Source: Orbicella franksi
Taxonomy: Eukaryota
DNA: 64,000 nt
Direction: 5' to 3'
Assembly (NCBI GenBank): GCA_964199315.1
Contig: OZ116699.1
Location: 26,598,001-26,662,000, forward strand
This document shows, piece by piece, positions 51,974 to 60,530 of the stretch. Positions within the stretch are counted from its first letter, which is position 1; each line of letters opens with the position of its first letter. Under the pieces are notes generated by a model, which worked only from the letters and a program-made list of their open reading frames with translations, did not search any database and was not told the DNA's origin. A program made the translations under genes and the position numbers.

Positions 51974-52218
51974 TTCATTTAATTATATAATGTTGTTTAC
52001 AATGAAACCACGATCGAGTGGAAACGAGCAAAAGGTTTTCACGTTTTAAACAGGGATATCCCCTTTCAGGTTCTTCAAACTTCATTTCTCCCCATGTTTT
52101 GCAGGTGACAGTGACAGATGAAAATGGTCGGACGTATGAGTTTCCATGCAAAGAGTGGCTGAGTGAAACACAAGGTGGCGGCAAAACAGAACGACTTCTC
52201 AGACTGCAACGTACATAG
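17829..52218 (+). CDS. Gene B: giant secreted mosaic protein (~2800 aa): low-complexity/LPPLNH repeats - 2x C-type lectin - 2x pentraxin/LamG-like - 2x PA14 - LamG - EGF - WSC - PLAT
   Basis: About 42 phase-compatible GT-AG exons: 17829/31-17888, 18123-18323, 20113-20250, 20836-20934, 22003-22101, 22694-22990, 23604-24611 (alt donor 24560), 24977-26068, 26342-26416?, 26499-26683, 26975-27061, 29602-29761, 30324-30716, 31211-31374, 31824-32034, 32449-32478, 32574-32672, 32958-33166, 33550-33663, 33942-34165, 34547-34629, 35191-35414, 36374-36546, 36774-37024, 37389-37710, 38158-38330, 38837-39041, 39491-39607, 44373-44545, 45033-45071, 45671-45787, 46501-46760, 47317-47566, 47987-48064, 48518-48589, 49184-49201, 49364-49480, 49921-50022, 50412-50735, 51044-51182, 51286-51388, 52105-52218 (TAG). 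AATAAA follows at 52318. The 5' end and the 26.3-26.5 kb region are uncertain. Confidence 0.8.
19318..19372 (+). repeat. (GTT)n / (GTTTT)n microsatellite
   Basis: Read directly from the sequence. Confidence 0.9.
20257..20425. mobile_element. Non-autonomous DNA element (MITE-like) in a Gene B intron
   Basis: Imperfect inverted arms (GTTTGAAAACGAGTC ... GACTGGTTTTGAAAC). A related copy is at 12.9 kb. Confidence 0.5.
21261..21530. mobile_element. Truncated DNA-transposon-like insertion (TTAA-AG start, Kolobok-like)
   Basis: Present after duplicate copy 1 but absent at the equivalent point of copy 2. Begins TTAAAGTGCCTATGAAA; the right end is not recognisable. Confidence 0.35.
22131..22287. mobile_element. 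157-bp insertion with an 8-bp target-site duplication (ATTCTCGC)
   Basis: The empty site in copy 1 reads GAGTATTCTCGCATAATCC. In copy 2, ATTCTCGC flanks the insert at 22123-22130 and 22288-22295. The insert has C-rich ends (..GGGAGTATCCCCCCCCCCCG). Confidence 0.85.
23681..24058 (+). repeat. Coding array of 10 LPPL(N/M/H)H repeats with ~13-aa period
   Basis: Visible in ORF 23495-24712. Two more copies lie at 25960-26001. Confidence 0.95.
27343..27583. mobile_element. Fold-back MITE with ~95-bp terminal inverted repeats
   Basis: AATAGACTATTTTACAGTTGTCTGCTCAGTGACCTGGCC... is mirrored by ...GGCCAGGTCACCGAGCAGACAACTGTAAAATGGTCTATT. Confidence 0.9.
27608..27715 (+). repeat. Compound hexanucleotide microsatellite (CATAAT/CATAAC)n
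   Basis: Read directly from the sequence. It generates the spurious I/M/V-rich ORF 27524-27724. Confidence 0.9.
30324..32034 (+). CDS. Two C-type lectin domains of Gene B (exons 30324-30716; 31211-31374 + 31824-32034)
   Basis: CGAGW..CYK..TWDNAHHTC..WLGY..WTWSD..DW..C..W.D..C..YLC and CNKGW..CYK..TWEHALVAC..FWIGYND..WVWSD..NW..C..WHDEPC..FIC. Confidence 0.9.
30781..30975. mobile_element. Degenerate palindromic MITE
   Basis: CCTAG..ACTGATGACATAACGACA is mirrored by TGTCGTTATGTTGCCAGTGCTAGG. Confidence 0.55.
32958..37024 (+). CDS. Two tandem pentraxin/LamG (ConA-like) domains of Gene B
   Basis: Paralogous exon sets: G(L/V)xL(N/D)G..(W/F)L..G....CL.DP..C..G(F/L)S; Y(V/I)LDS.G..RG(V/L)S; W.....L(T/S)W....GL.LY; IGRK/VGRK. 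The style resembles the N-terminal pentraxin domain of ADGRD1-type proteins. Confidence 0.8.
35891..36180 (-). mobile_element. Near full-length tRNA-derived SINE
   Basis: The reverse complement begins GGAGGCACGGTGGCCTCATGGTTAGTG (A-box-like) and ends ...GGGCCACTTGGCAGGTATGCAGACTTT. Homologous to 7045-7296. Confidence 0.85.
37389..44545 (+). CDS. Two tandem PA14 domains of Gene B
   Basis: Each has G(L/V)IREVW, FDAP...D.DYGSR(V/I).G(Y/F)F.APE(T/S)G.Y.F, GELW(M/L)SS, L..GKYYY and LPSG.F..PI, as in B4GALNT3/4-type PA14 domains. Confidence 0.9.
42465..43226 (-). CDS. Nested antisense gene, 253-aa basic Ser-rich protein of unknown function
   Basis: A 762-nt uninterrupted ORF inside AT-rich Gene B intron 39608-44372. 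There is an in-frame stop 8 codons upstream of the ATG, a pyrimidine-rich acceptor just upstream, and AAAG|GTAAA donor-like sites near 43355 and 43630 (possible spliced 5'UTR). Minus-strand AATAAA near 41105. Confidence 0.7.
   Translation of the reverse strand: MDMDVRKLNSRYAGGKKFYTRASQEEEKCFPAITNNYQYERQRKTETSFRDRSQQETKTTLKQEKKAFRLPRISVKRESFSMCKRCYSHANLCTSSSNNFDSNTSPFNSFAAKKVNFHGTVKFAGAAANSRSSQRLLQSLRIVDLNISENKPSFQRENSLRICPMELFPRHTRKAIKSHPVKLSRPELQATYPTLKLAPIDKNAIFALSPSLSLSVESLDSIIGGALTLTQPPPDILSSCSPSEIDFTPPSTP
45130..45310 (-). mobile_element. 3' fragment of a second SINE family
   Basis: Shares CTAATTGGGGACACTG and AATCCCA..TGGT...GCTGACCAG.TGGCTATTTAC with 59241-59542. Confidence 0.75.
45671..47566 (+). 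CDS. LamG/ConA-like domain of Gene B (exons 45671-45787, 46501-46760, 47317-47566)
   Basis: PVGLYPLN, AFEFKGTADSFVEIPN, MTILANVYP, WNQVGATYD, LWHNG, IRIGA, FTGKISCLQIYNKAL. Confidence 0.85.
49364..49480 (+). CDS. EGF-like domain exon of Gene B
   Basis: Phase 1-1 exon encoding NKCDPEPCENGAKCIRDNKRMDGYRCKCTSDFTGRNCQ. Confidence 0.9.
50412..50735 (+). CDS. WSC domain exon of Gene B
   Basis: VGCYKD..C..SC..GYSYFGLQDADKCFCG..YGKA....CNMPCKGNDKENCGG. Confidence 0.9.
51044..52218 (+). CDS. C-terminal PLAT/LH2 domain of Gene B (3 exons) and stop
   Basis: YTITTSTGDIDGADTDAKVYITLYGEKGDSG; DLGKLRQVRILHDNSGSTPSWFLEKV; YEFPCKEWL. Confidence 0.9.
51491..51630. mobile_element. Small palindromic MITE
   Basis: GGTAGTTGTATTCATC is mirrored by GATGAATACAACTACC, with weaker outer arms. 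Confidence 0.7.
51928..51974 (+). repeat. (TTAG)n microsatellite
   Basis: Read directly from the sequence. Confidence 0.9.
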
Positions 52219-52317
52219 TGCCTATTCTGCATGCCGTTAAGGTAATGACAGGTCACGTGATTCAATGTGGCCTTCAAAACTGCAAAGACGTTGCATAGTA
52301 CAAGCTATGCAATTCGT

Positions 52318-52323
52318 AATAAA
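52318..52323 (+). terminator. Candidate polyadenylation signal of Gene B
   Basis: AATAAA 100 nt after the TAG stop. Confidence 0.55.
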
Positions 52324-55300
52324 GGAATTTCAAGTTTTCCGTAATACGTTATGGAAAAGAAAACATGGCTACTTCGCTCAATTTCTTGACACGTAGCTTC
52401 ACGAAGTTAAAAGTAACGAATACAACGTGTCTATGACTTTTTTGAGTGTTTTTCGCGAAGAAGCTTGAGGTCTAGCAAAACAAACTGGGAGTCGAGTAGC
52501 GTTTTTAAAGTTTGAAGCAGCCCCCTGTGATGAGGTGTGTGGTTGGTGTTTGATAGCTCTTAAACTGCCAGTCAGTTTTCCGACACAAAGTAAATATTTG
52601 GTATGGTGGTCAGCTACACTTTCCAGCTCTGGTCTGTCTAGAGTTTTAGTAGTCTAGCTGAGCATGTCACATACTCATTTCTGTGAATGGCGTTTAAATC
52701 AATCATGAATAATGTAATTGACCGCTTTCAAGTTTGTTTGGCTAGACCTGTGAAGTTTTTCGGGTTGTTTAAATTGAACGCATTTGCATGCATAGTTATT
52801 TTTGATAAGAAAAGTTACAAATGGGGCAGTGACACACGGAACAAAAATAATAAATTTCATTAACCAATTTAACTACATTCCACTCAAACAAAACTTTGAA
52901 TTACTTAACCACTTTCACTTGAATTACTTAACCACTTTCACAATTAAAAGCATCAGGCTTTAAAAATTTTAAAAAATAAATTTTCAATGCACTTAACAGT
53001 AGCAACACATGAACTCGGACAACCTTCATCTAAATTGTCACACAAAAAAATTCCATAAACAAACCTCCAAGTTAAACAGCGTTAATTGTCTCAAAGGTTT
53101 ACTCTGAAGATGAAAGAGGTTATGAAAGTTTCCGTCTTAGATTTTGAAATTTAAAGGCTAGAGAATCTATCTATCTCAAAAAGACTCACCCAGCTTTTGT
53201 TGTAGCTCAAAAGATTTTGAAAAACAGTTCTCAAGAACGTCAAACAGTGATCTGTTTAGTTTGTCTCGTTCTGTAGTCGCCCGGTACTAGCGACGATATG
53301 TAGTTTCTCCTTATCGAGGAATAGCATTTACAATGAGTGTTAGCTGTGATGAAACATTTATTATTTTTGCACAAAATAGTGTCTCGTTCCAAATTTTAAA
53401 AAAGACCGTCGGGAAAAAAGAAAAACGACAAGCAAAACTTGCATTATGTTTTGAAAAGCATGTCATAAACGCTAGAACGTACTAAACGTTTTCAGTCAAG
53501 TTGCTAGAGTAATAACATTACTGAAATACGAATGTAAAGGCAAATATCCAAATTTTCTAGCTGTTTTGATAAATTATCGTTAATTCCCCTTGAAGAATTG
53601 CGTTTTTAGTGGATAGGTCTTCTCCTTGTTTGATCAGGGGAACTGAGAATATCAGGATTTTAAATCACATGTAGAATGATGGTTTAGACTTTTTCAAACG
53701 TAATTTATCTGCAATGATGTTTACAATGTAACGTTAGATTTAATCTGAGAAAATAGCTATAGTCACCAATCACAGAAGCTAATTTTACAGTTTATTACAC
53801 TACATACATTGTGTTAATGATTTTTAAGATATATTTTTTTTTAAATAAAAACCGTCAATCCTGTTTGAAATTTAATCAACACAGGTATTTAAAAACAGTT
53901 GTCTCGTTTTTCTTCTAATCTTCTAATCCTAGATAATCCTGCTGAACACTTAGCCTTCTGTCTAAACTGTTCATTTGTTGGTTTTGTTGGGGTGGAACAA
54001 ACCCTGTAACGTAAGCCAAGCAAATACCTCTCTCCTTTATTCTTAGGAATAATGCTTATTTTAATTTGACTTACAGATGCGTGCACTGTGACATGAAGAA
54101 CCACTAACAACGGACTGTGACCACTGACGTCAAAGACAGACAAAATACAGTAGACAAGTCACTTGGTCGAAGCATGATAAAACGTCAGGCCTTTCGCAAC
54201 TTGCAAGGCACTCCTCTTCAATGCAGATTCTTTTCTGAAGCTCTAAATGATTTTTAACCTTTTTTGTATTTTATAGATGACTTAGCACAGAGCCCTTGAG
54301 TGCAAGCTCGAGTGTTCTTCATCGATCATTCTCGGACCGATTGCATGTAGTCTTTTTGTTTTTGTTTAACGATATCTCTAGTAGGGGGCTGATTATTTTC
54401 TCTAACCGGCGAAAGACTTCAACCCTTAGTTTATTAAATGAACGACGCCTTGAAGTACCTGACTTTTAGCCAAACGGTATCACGAAAAAGTTGGACAAAA
54501 GGAATGATATCATTTTGTGTATGCAGGCAAAACAGATCAGAATATCCCAACTGTATCACTAAACGGAAAACGTCGGGTTAACAAAACCTCCTATGACATG
54601 CCATCTGAGACGGTATTATTTTGAAATAGGGCATTACTTTTAAGTGACAACGTTGACCTAAAGAATTGCGACGAATCGTAGTAGACATGACAGCTCCTAA
54701 AGACGACATTCGACTGATTTATTGATGCACGCGATTCCAAGTATCTTGACGCATCTACCCTCTTTGATTGGATCAAAGTAACATTGGCAAACCTATCTAC
54801 GACAGCCTACTTTGGTAGAGGTTTTACATAGTGCTCATGAATTCGGCCGGTAGACGTTTTCTTGTTTGAAGAGAGACTGAAACTAGACTGAGAAGGAAGA
54901 CTGAAGCTATTATCAGAGGACTCGGGCCGACTCGGTTTAGAGTTCGACATATTGTTTGTGCATTAGAGCACCATAAAAATAACCTGTAGTAATGAAAAAA
55001 AAAAAAAACATACCGCTGAGGAGTGCCTTCCATTATCAAAGGAACTTTGTGGCGACTGAAGTTATTTGAAACATTGTAGGCGCTCCCATTCAACCAAAAC
55101 TGAATTCCGAAAATTTCGAAACAGGCACAAATGGCACGGAAATTTCAGATAAGAAATTTCCGAACGGAAAGCGCCCTGTGTCTCATATGAGATGGTTGAA
55201 CCTGCCAACGGGGTATTGATCACTTGTCTTTGTTGCCTTGGCAACACTGTTTACCGTCTGCAGATGATAGGGAAAAAAAGACTTTGAAATAACATGAAAT

Positions 55301-55904
55301 GAGGTCATGTCAGTTTTAGTTGATGTTCGTGGAGACAAAATTCAACTGAATTCTTAAAACCATTCACTCCCTCTTAGTGCGTGAGGGAGAAAATATTTTC
55401 TTGAATGGATGTAAAACCAGGCTACCACTCGTCGCGACATTTTCTGTCTTTCACAGTGTATTTCTTCAGTATTGAAGATTGATGGTCAAATCTCGCTCCT
55501 TTCCCACGCCATCAACGAACAGTCATCATTGTCACCTACTACTTCTTCAAATCGCGGACCAAGCGACCAAGTGTCACGTGGCTAATCATGTGACAATAAA
55601 CAGAGAACAATAAGGTCACCATAAGCTTCATGTATGCCACCATAGAGAATACCTCAGTGATTAAGTATCTTTCAAGGATTGTAATGACATTGTACCACAA
55701 TGGTATGTTCAACAATGAAACTGTAAATACTGTACAATAAAACTATATTTAATTGTGTATCATGACAATTTTGTTGGGGGGTGGTAAACAGTCTGTTAAA
55801 CGTTAAATGTTGAATGTTTATTGTGGTCGATCCGCAAGTTGGCAGGCATGTCTCTAGCTTAAACTGAAAGAAAGAAATATTTGGAGTAAAGATAATAGGC
55901 TTCA

Positions 55905-56059
55905 TAATAATAGGCGGAAGGCAGACCAATTAACTATTTACAAGCATGACCGAAGAGTTGAAGTAGGGTCTACCGAGAAACAAATCTAGCGGAACTTGAA
56001 ACCGCGACCTCGGGATTTCAAGTCCGCGGCGCCCTAACCACTCAGCCACGCTGCCTCCC
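55905..56059 (-). mobile_element. 5' half of the second SINE family
   Basis: Ends CCCTAACCACTCAGCCACGCTGCCTCCC, like the copy at 59241-59542. Confidence 0.75.
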
Positions 56060-56554
56060 TCCGTCTTATGCGTGAAATTGATAGGGTTCTTCGCTTTGCC
56101 TATCCCGGGCTGGGACGGATAAAAAACCGAGCCGTTGCTAACTTCAAAATCATGCAAAAACCGAATCCAGTAATTCTTCCATTTTACACTTAATAAAATC
56201 ATTAATAATTCATTAATTTTTAAGCTTTAAGTGTATCCCTTGCGGAATTTGGAATCTCTCTCCCGCCATCGCTCGTGAGGCGAGTGACGCGCAGCACACG
56301 TGCATAAAGCCATAAACGGGCTCTACTGTCTATAGAAATGGCGTCAGCTCTGTATGCTTAAAGACTATGGCCACTGAGAATACAGAACAAACTGTATAAT
56401 AACACGGTATTTAGAACTGTTTCAGGCAAAAGAGAGCACCTGTTCCCTGTGAATATAGCGTCATATAATGAGCTTTTCGACCAATCAGAATGTCCCATTC
56501 TTATATTCACCCCTCGAAATTATACTAATTAAAATAACTTATAGATAAAAAATA

Positions 56555-57060
56555 AAAAAATACGTTTCAAAAGAAAAGTCTTTAGCTTAGATTTAAATGT
56601 CGCAAGTGACCTGCAGTTTCTTATATTGTCTGGTAGCGAGTTCCATAAAACTGGAGCAATATACGAAAAATGCTCTGTGTCTGTATAAGATTACATTTAG
56701 GAGTACAAAGTAGAGATTTTTTGGAGGAGCGTAATGATCTAGCAGGAACATATGGTTGTAACAGTTCGTTTGAATAAGGAAGGGCAAGAACATTAATAGA
56801 TTTAAAGGCCAAAAGCAAAATTTTGAAATCTATTCTCTCGGCCACTGGCAGCCAGTGTAACTCTTGAAACACAGGCGTGATATGATAGTGCTTCCGAGTT
56901 CCAGTGAGGAGCCGCGCGGCTGTGTTCTGAACATACTGCTAGCTGCAATCTCTGAATCTGGTTTTTCGGAAGACCCGACAAAAGGGAATTGCAATAATCC
57001 AACTTAGAGGTTATAAATGCTTGGATGAGAATCTCACAATATTTAAATAATAACATAAAG
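56555..57060 (-). mobile_element. 3' end of a degraded L2/CR1-clade LINE ORF2
   Basis: Frameshifted pieces ILIQAFITSKLDYCNSLLSGLP, ELHWLPVAERIDFKILLLAFK, YVPARSLRS and FKSKLKTFL. Confidence 0.85.
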
Positions 57061-57069
57061 ATTTAACCA

Positions 57070-57113
57070 AGCCTAAAAGCGGAGCTCGTGGCCGTTTTGC
57101 TCAAAACCCGATT

Positions 57114-57150
<37 letters not shown>

Positions 57151-58870
57151 TTTGTAACTTAGCTGTAAGGTATTCTGTTTATATCTTTGGCCTTCTGACT
57201 TGATTTTGAATAATCTCAATCCCTGCCCCTAAAACAGTGAGAAACACTTGTATAGACGATTATACTTCGGTGGATTAGCGTTAACCCAATTTCCGAACAA
57301 CCCGGCCTAATTACAACAAATTAACCTGGCATGAGCCCACAATCAAATCGGAAACAACTACTTGGCCAGCAGTCAACTTTAAAAAAACACATGACCTCAC
57401 ATGAGCCCGCCATATGGTAAAGTGATACTGGTCAGCGCATACCTTGTTTTCACAGGTGTCAACTGACCATAACACGGATGTCAAATATCAAAGGCGTATA
57501 CTGTAAACCAAGACTTAGTATTAGCTGGAGTATGCCCGCCATGTTCCCGACGTCTTCGTCGGGCGCTAGTGCCCACGATCCATGCCGCTAGCCGTGTTGA
57601 CCAAGAAAAAAGAGTTGTATGGGTTTCTATTTCCATGCATGCATGTGGTTCTGTTCCTATCGTTATCCTGATCCGCTTGGCGGCCCATTGAGCCGCCGAA
57701 ACTCCGCTAATATAGCCGTCATCTTGAAACAAAGTCCAACATCTCAGGTCTAATAACGTTTTTCTTAATACGTTGGTAGTTTTTGTCTTTACATCAAGAC
57801 AGTCTACTGTCGCCAGGAACTTCATCTCTCGATATTAGAATCCCATCTCTTTCACGAATTGAAAACAGGATGAAGTGCAAACCAACGGCCACGTTACTCT
57901 CGTATGGCCGCCATCTTCAAACGAAGTGTAATTTTTTGTTCTAATGACACGTAATGTAGTAGCTTGGTAGTTTTTATGTGGATATCAAGATATAAAAATA
58001 TCACGTAAAAGTTCATCTCTCGATGGTAGAATTCATCTCTTCAACGGGTGAAACAAAGAATGATGTCAAACATCGGCCACGTTAGCGTAATATGGCCGCC
58101 ATCTTGAAATTTTCTTGTCTAATAAATTTTTATGTAGTTAGCTTTGTTGTTTTTGTGTAGATATCAAGATAATATATAGAATTAGCCAAGTCTAAAAGCT
58201 AGCACACGATAAGCGAGAATTTTGATTTGAGTTTTGCAAGGTTGTTGAGGTTTTGTGAGGTTTTCTGTTTATATTGTTTGGCCTTCTGTTTTAAGTTTGA
58301 ATGATCTTAAACTACAAACGCAGCCCCGCCACGACCTAAAAGCAGTGAAAAACATTTGTATGCAAGAAAAAATTATACTTAAGTTTAGTTTTAATCCTGG
58401 GTTAGAGTTAACCACCTGGAACAACCTGGCCCTGATCGTCGCCCTAATTACAACAAATAAACCTGACATGAGCCCGCGATCCTATCTAAAGCTAGCATTT
58501 GGTCAGCGATCAACCTGAAAAAAACACATGACCTCGATGAGTTTTTAACCTGAACCCGCGATATGGTCACCGGATACTGGTCAGCAAATAGCTTGCTTTG
58601 ACAGGTGTCAATTGAACATATTATGTATGTCCAATATCAAAGACATGCTGTAAACCACAGACCGCATACTTGGTATTAGCTGGATGGCCGCCATGTTGTG
58701 CGACGTCGTCGTCGTCGTTGGGCGCATGCGCCCCCGATTAATGGCGCTAGCCAGATTGACCATGAAAAAAGAGTTACATGGGTTTCTATTTTTATGCATG
58801 CACGTGGTTCTGTTCCTATAGTTCTGGTGCTCCGCTTGGCTGCCCTTCGGGCCGCCGAAGCTCCGCTATA
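57070..58870. mobile_element. ~1.8-kb composite non-autonomous element inserted into the LINE
   Basis: Termini AAAGCGGAGCT / AGCTCCGCTA are inverted. It contains two related ~650-bp modules (57105-57750, 58200-58870) and two ~100-bp direct repeats (57823-57920, 58014-58110). Confidence 0.65.
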
Positions 58871-59190
58871 AATTTCTGTATATGATAAAAGGTGACTTGC
58901 AAATAGAGGTAATTTGTTTGTCTATGAGGACCAAATTATCGAACAAAACGCCGATGTTCTTTACAGACTTTGATGCAGTTATCAATTCAGTACCAGCATA
59001 GATGGAGTTGAGCATGGTTGGCAACAGATAACCTGCATTTAGAACAAGGAGTTCTGTTTTATCATTATTTAACTTCAATTTGTTTGTTGTCATCCACCGT
59101 TCGATATCTTTACAACTCGATACGAGACTTGGAGTATTCTGGTTCACCATTTGCTGAAGGGCGGAAAGGCATATAGATCTGTGAATCATC
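58871..59190 (-). mobile_element. Upstream part of the same LINE ORF2 (end of the RT domain)
   Basis: DIERWMTTNKLKLNNDKTELL...VKNIGVLFDN...ITSICKS, which normally precedes the IHAFITSRLDYCN block. Confidence 0.85.
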
Positions 59191-59240
59191 TACATAATAA
59201 TGATAGGCCATGTTGTGCTGCTTGACTACTCCAGCGAGTA

Positions 59241-59276
<36 letters not shown>

Positions 59277-59542
59277 TTTATTTAAGTGTGGAATGTATTT
59301 AACACTATTGTGCTAATTGGGGACACTGTAAATAAGTAACCAAATATTGCAAATAGAAAATAAACTATTAAGAATCCCAACTGGTGGGAGGCTGACCAGT
59401 TGGCTATTTACACAACGCAGTCGAGGAGTTGAACTCGGGACTACCGAGAACAAATCCAGATAGCAGTAGGGTGATGGATTTGAACCATGGACCTCCAGAT
59501 TTCAAATCCAGCGCCCTAAACCACTCGGCCACGCTGCCTCCC
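59241..59542 (-). mobile_element. Full-length SINE (second family) with (ATT)n tail
   Basis: tRNA-like head on the minus strand (GGGAGGCAGCGTGGCCGAGTGGTTTAGGGCGCTGGATTTGAAATCTGGAGGTCCATGGTTCAAATCC) and a simple-repeat tail. Confidence 0.85.
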
Positions 59543-59766
59543 TAGAGCAGTATACATGGAGTACAGCATAGGTCCTAGAACCGAACCCTTTTTAACACCG
59601 CACGTGAGACCTCTGCTTGAAGATGGCTCATTATCAACGCACACAAATTGACTTCTATCCGATAGGTATGATCTTCAACATGCCAGCGCCTTGCCCTTGA
59701 TGCCATAGTAATCACTAAGTCTGCCAAGTAGGATACTGTAGTCAACGGTATATCGAACGCAGCGGA

Positions 59767-59860
59767 AAGTAAGTAAGTAAGTAAAGTAAGTAAGTAAGTA
59801 AGAGCTTTATTTTAGTGTCAATGTATTTAGCCCATATGGGCTAATTGGGGACACTGTATT
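59767..59860 (-). mobile_element. SINE 3' stub with (AAGT)n tail
   Basis: CTTTATTTTAGTGTCAATGTATTTAG..CTAATTGGGGACACTGTA preceded by (AAGT)n. Confidence 0.65.
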
Positions 59861-60252
59861 AACTCTACCGAAAATTTTCATTAATCAAAGATCTAATAGA
59901 ACGAGTATAACGCAATGACCGTCGTCTATGGCGCGGAGGATATCAGGTGAACAGGGGCCGGCGCTGTGTCGATTGAGATAGGTCTAAAGCTCGCGTAAAG
60001 TTCGTGGTCGAGGTAATCTTTCTTTATGATTGGAGTAAGGACTGCTTTTTTAATTTTCCTTGGGACAGTAGAACTGTCAAGAGATAAATTCGTGATTTGC
60101 AAAAGAGACGAGAACCAACTTATATGGGTTATTAACTAAGCTTGTACGGTCAAGATGGCTTGATAATGGTCAAGTTCTTTTTTGCGTGTTTATGGACCGA
60201 GACTGTTGAACTGGCGCGAGGAAGAAAATTTATTGTGGACAATAAAGACAAC

Positions 60253-60426
60253 AGAGTGTTTTTGTCTCGGAAATATCGGTCTGATAGTTGCCCCTTGGAA
60301 ATTTGATGTTCTTAAAACTAGCATATTTGCCCTCGAAACTTCGCTTCTCGAGCAAATATTTGTTTTAAGAACGTCAAATTTCCGCGAGGCAACTATCAGC
60401 CGATAGTTCCTCGACAGAAACACTCT
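60253..60426. mobile_element. Fully palindromic ~175-bp MITE
   Basis: AGAGTGTTT...CTGATAGTTGCC...TGTTCTTAAAAC is mirrored by GTTTTAAGAAC...GGCAACTATCAG...AAACACTCT. Confidence 0.85.
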
Positions 60427-60530
60427 AACGCTGTCAGCGGGAAAAGAAAAGAGGCCTTCAAGACGCACATCAAATTACAGTATTCAACCTACAGATTGCA
60501 GGAAGGCATTGCTATGAGCCAGAGTTGTTA

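Noticed and set aside
59470-59542. tRNA gene
   Set aside because: The tRNA-like head continues into a SINE body and (ATT)n tail with multiple degenerate copies in the window; not a clean cloverleaf.
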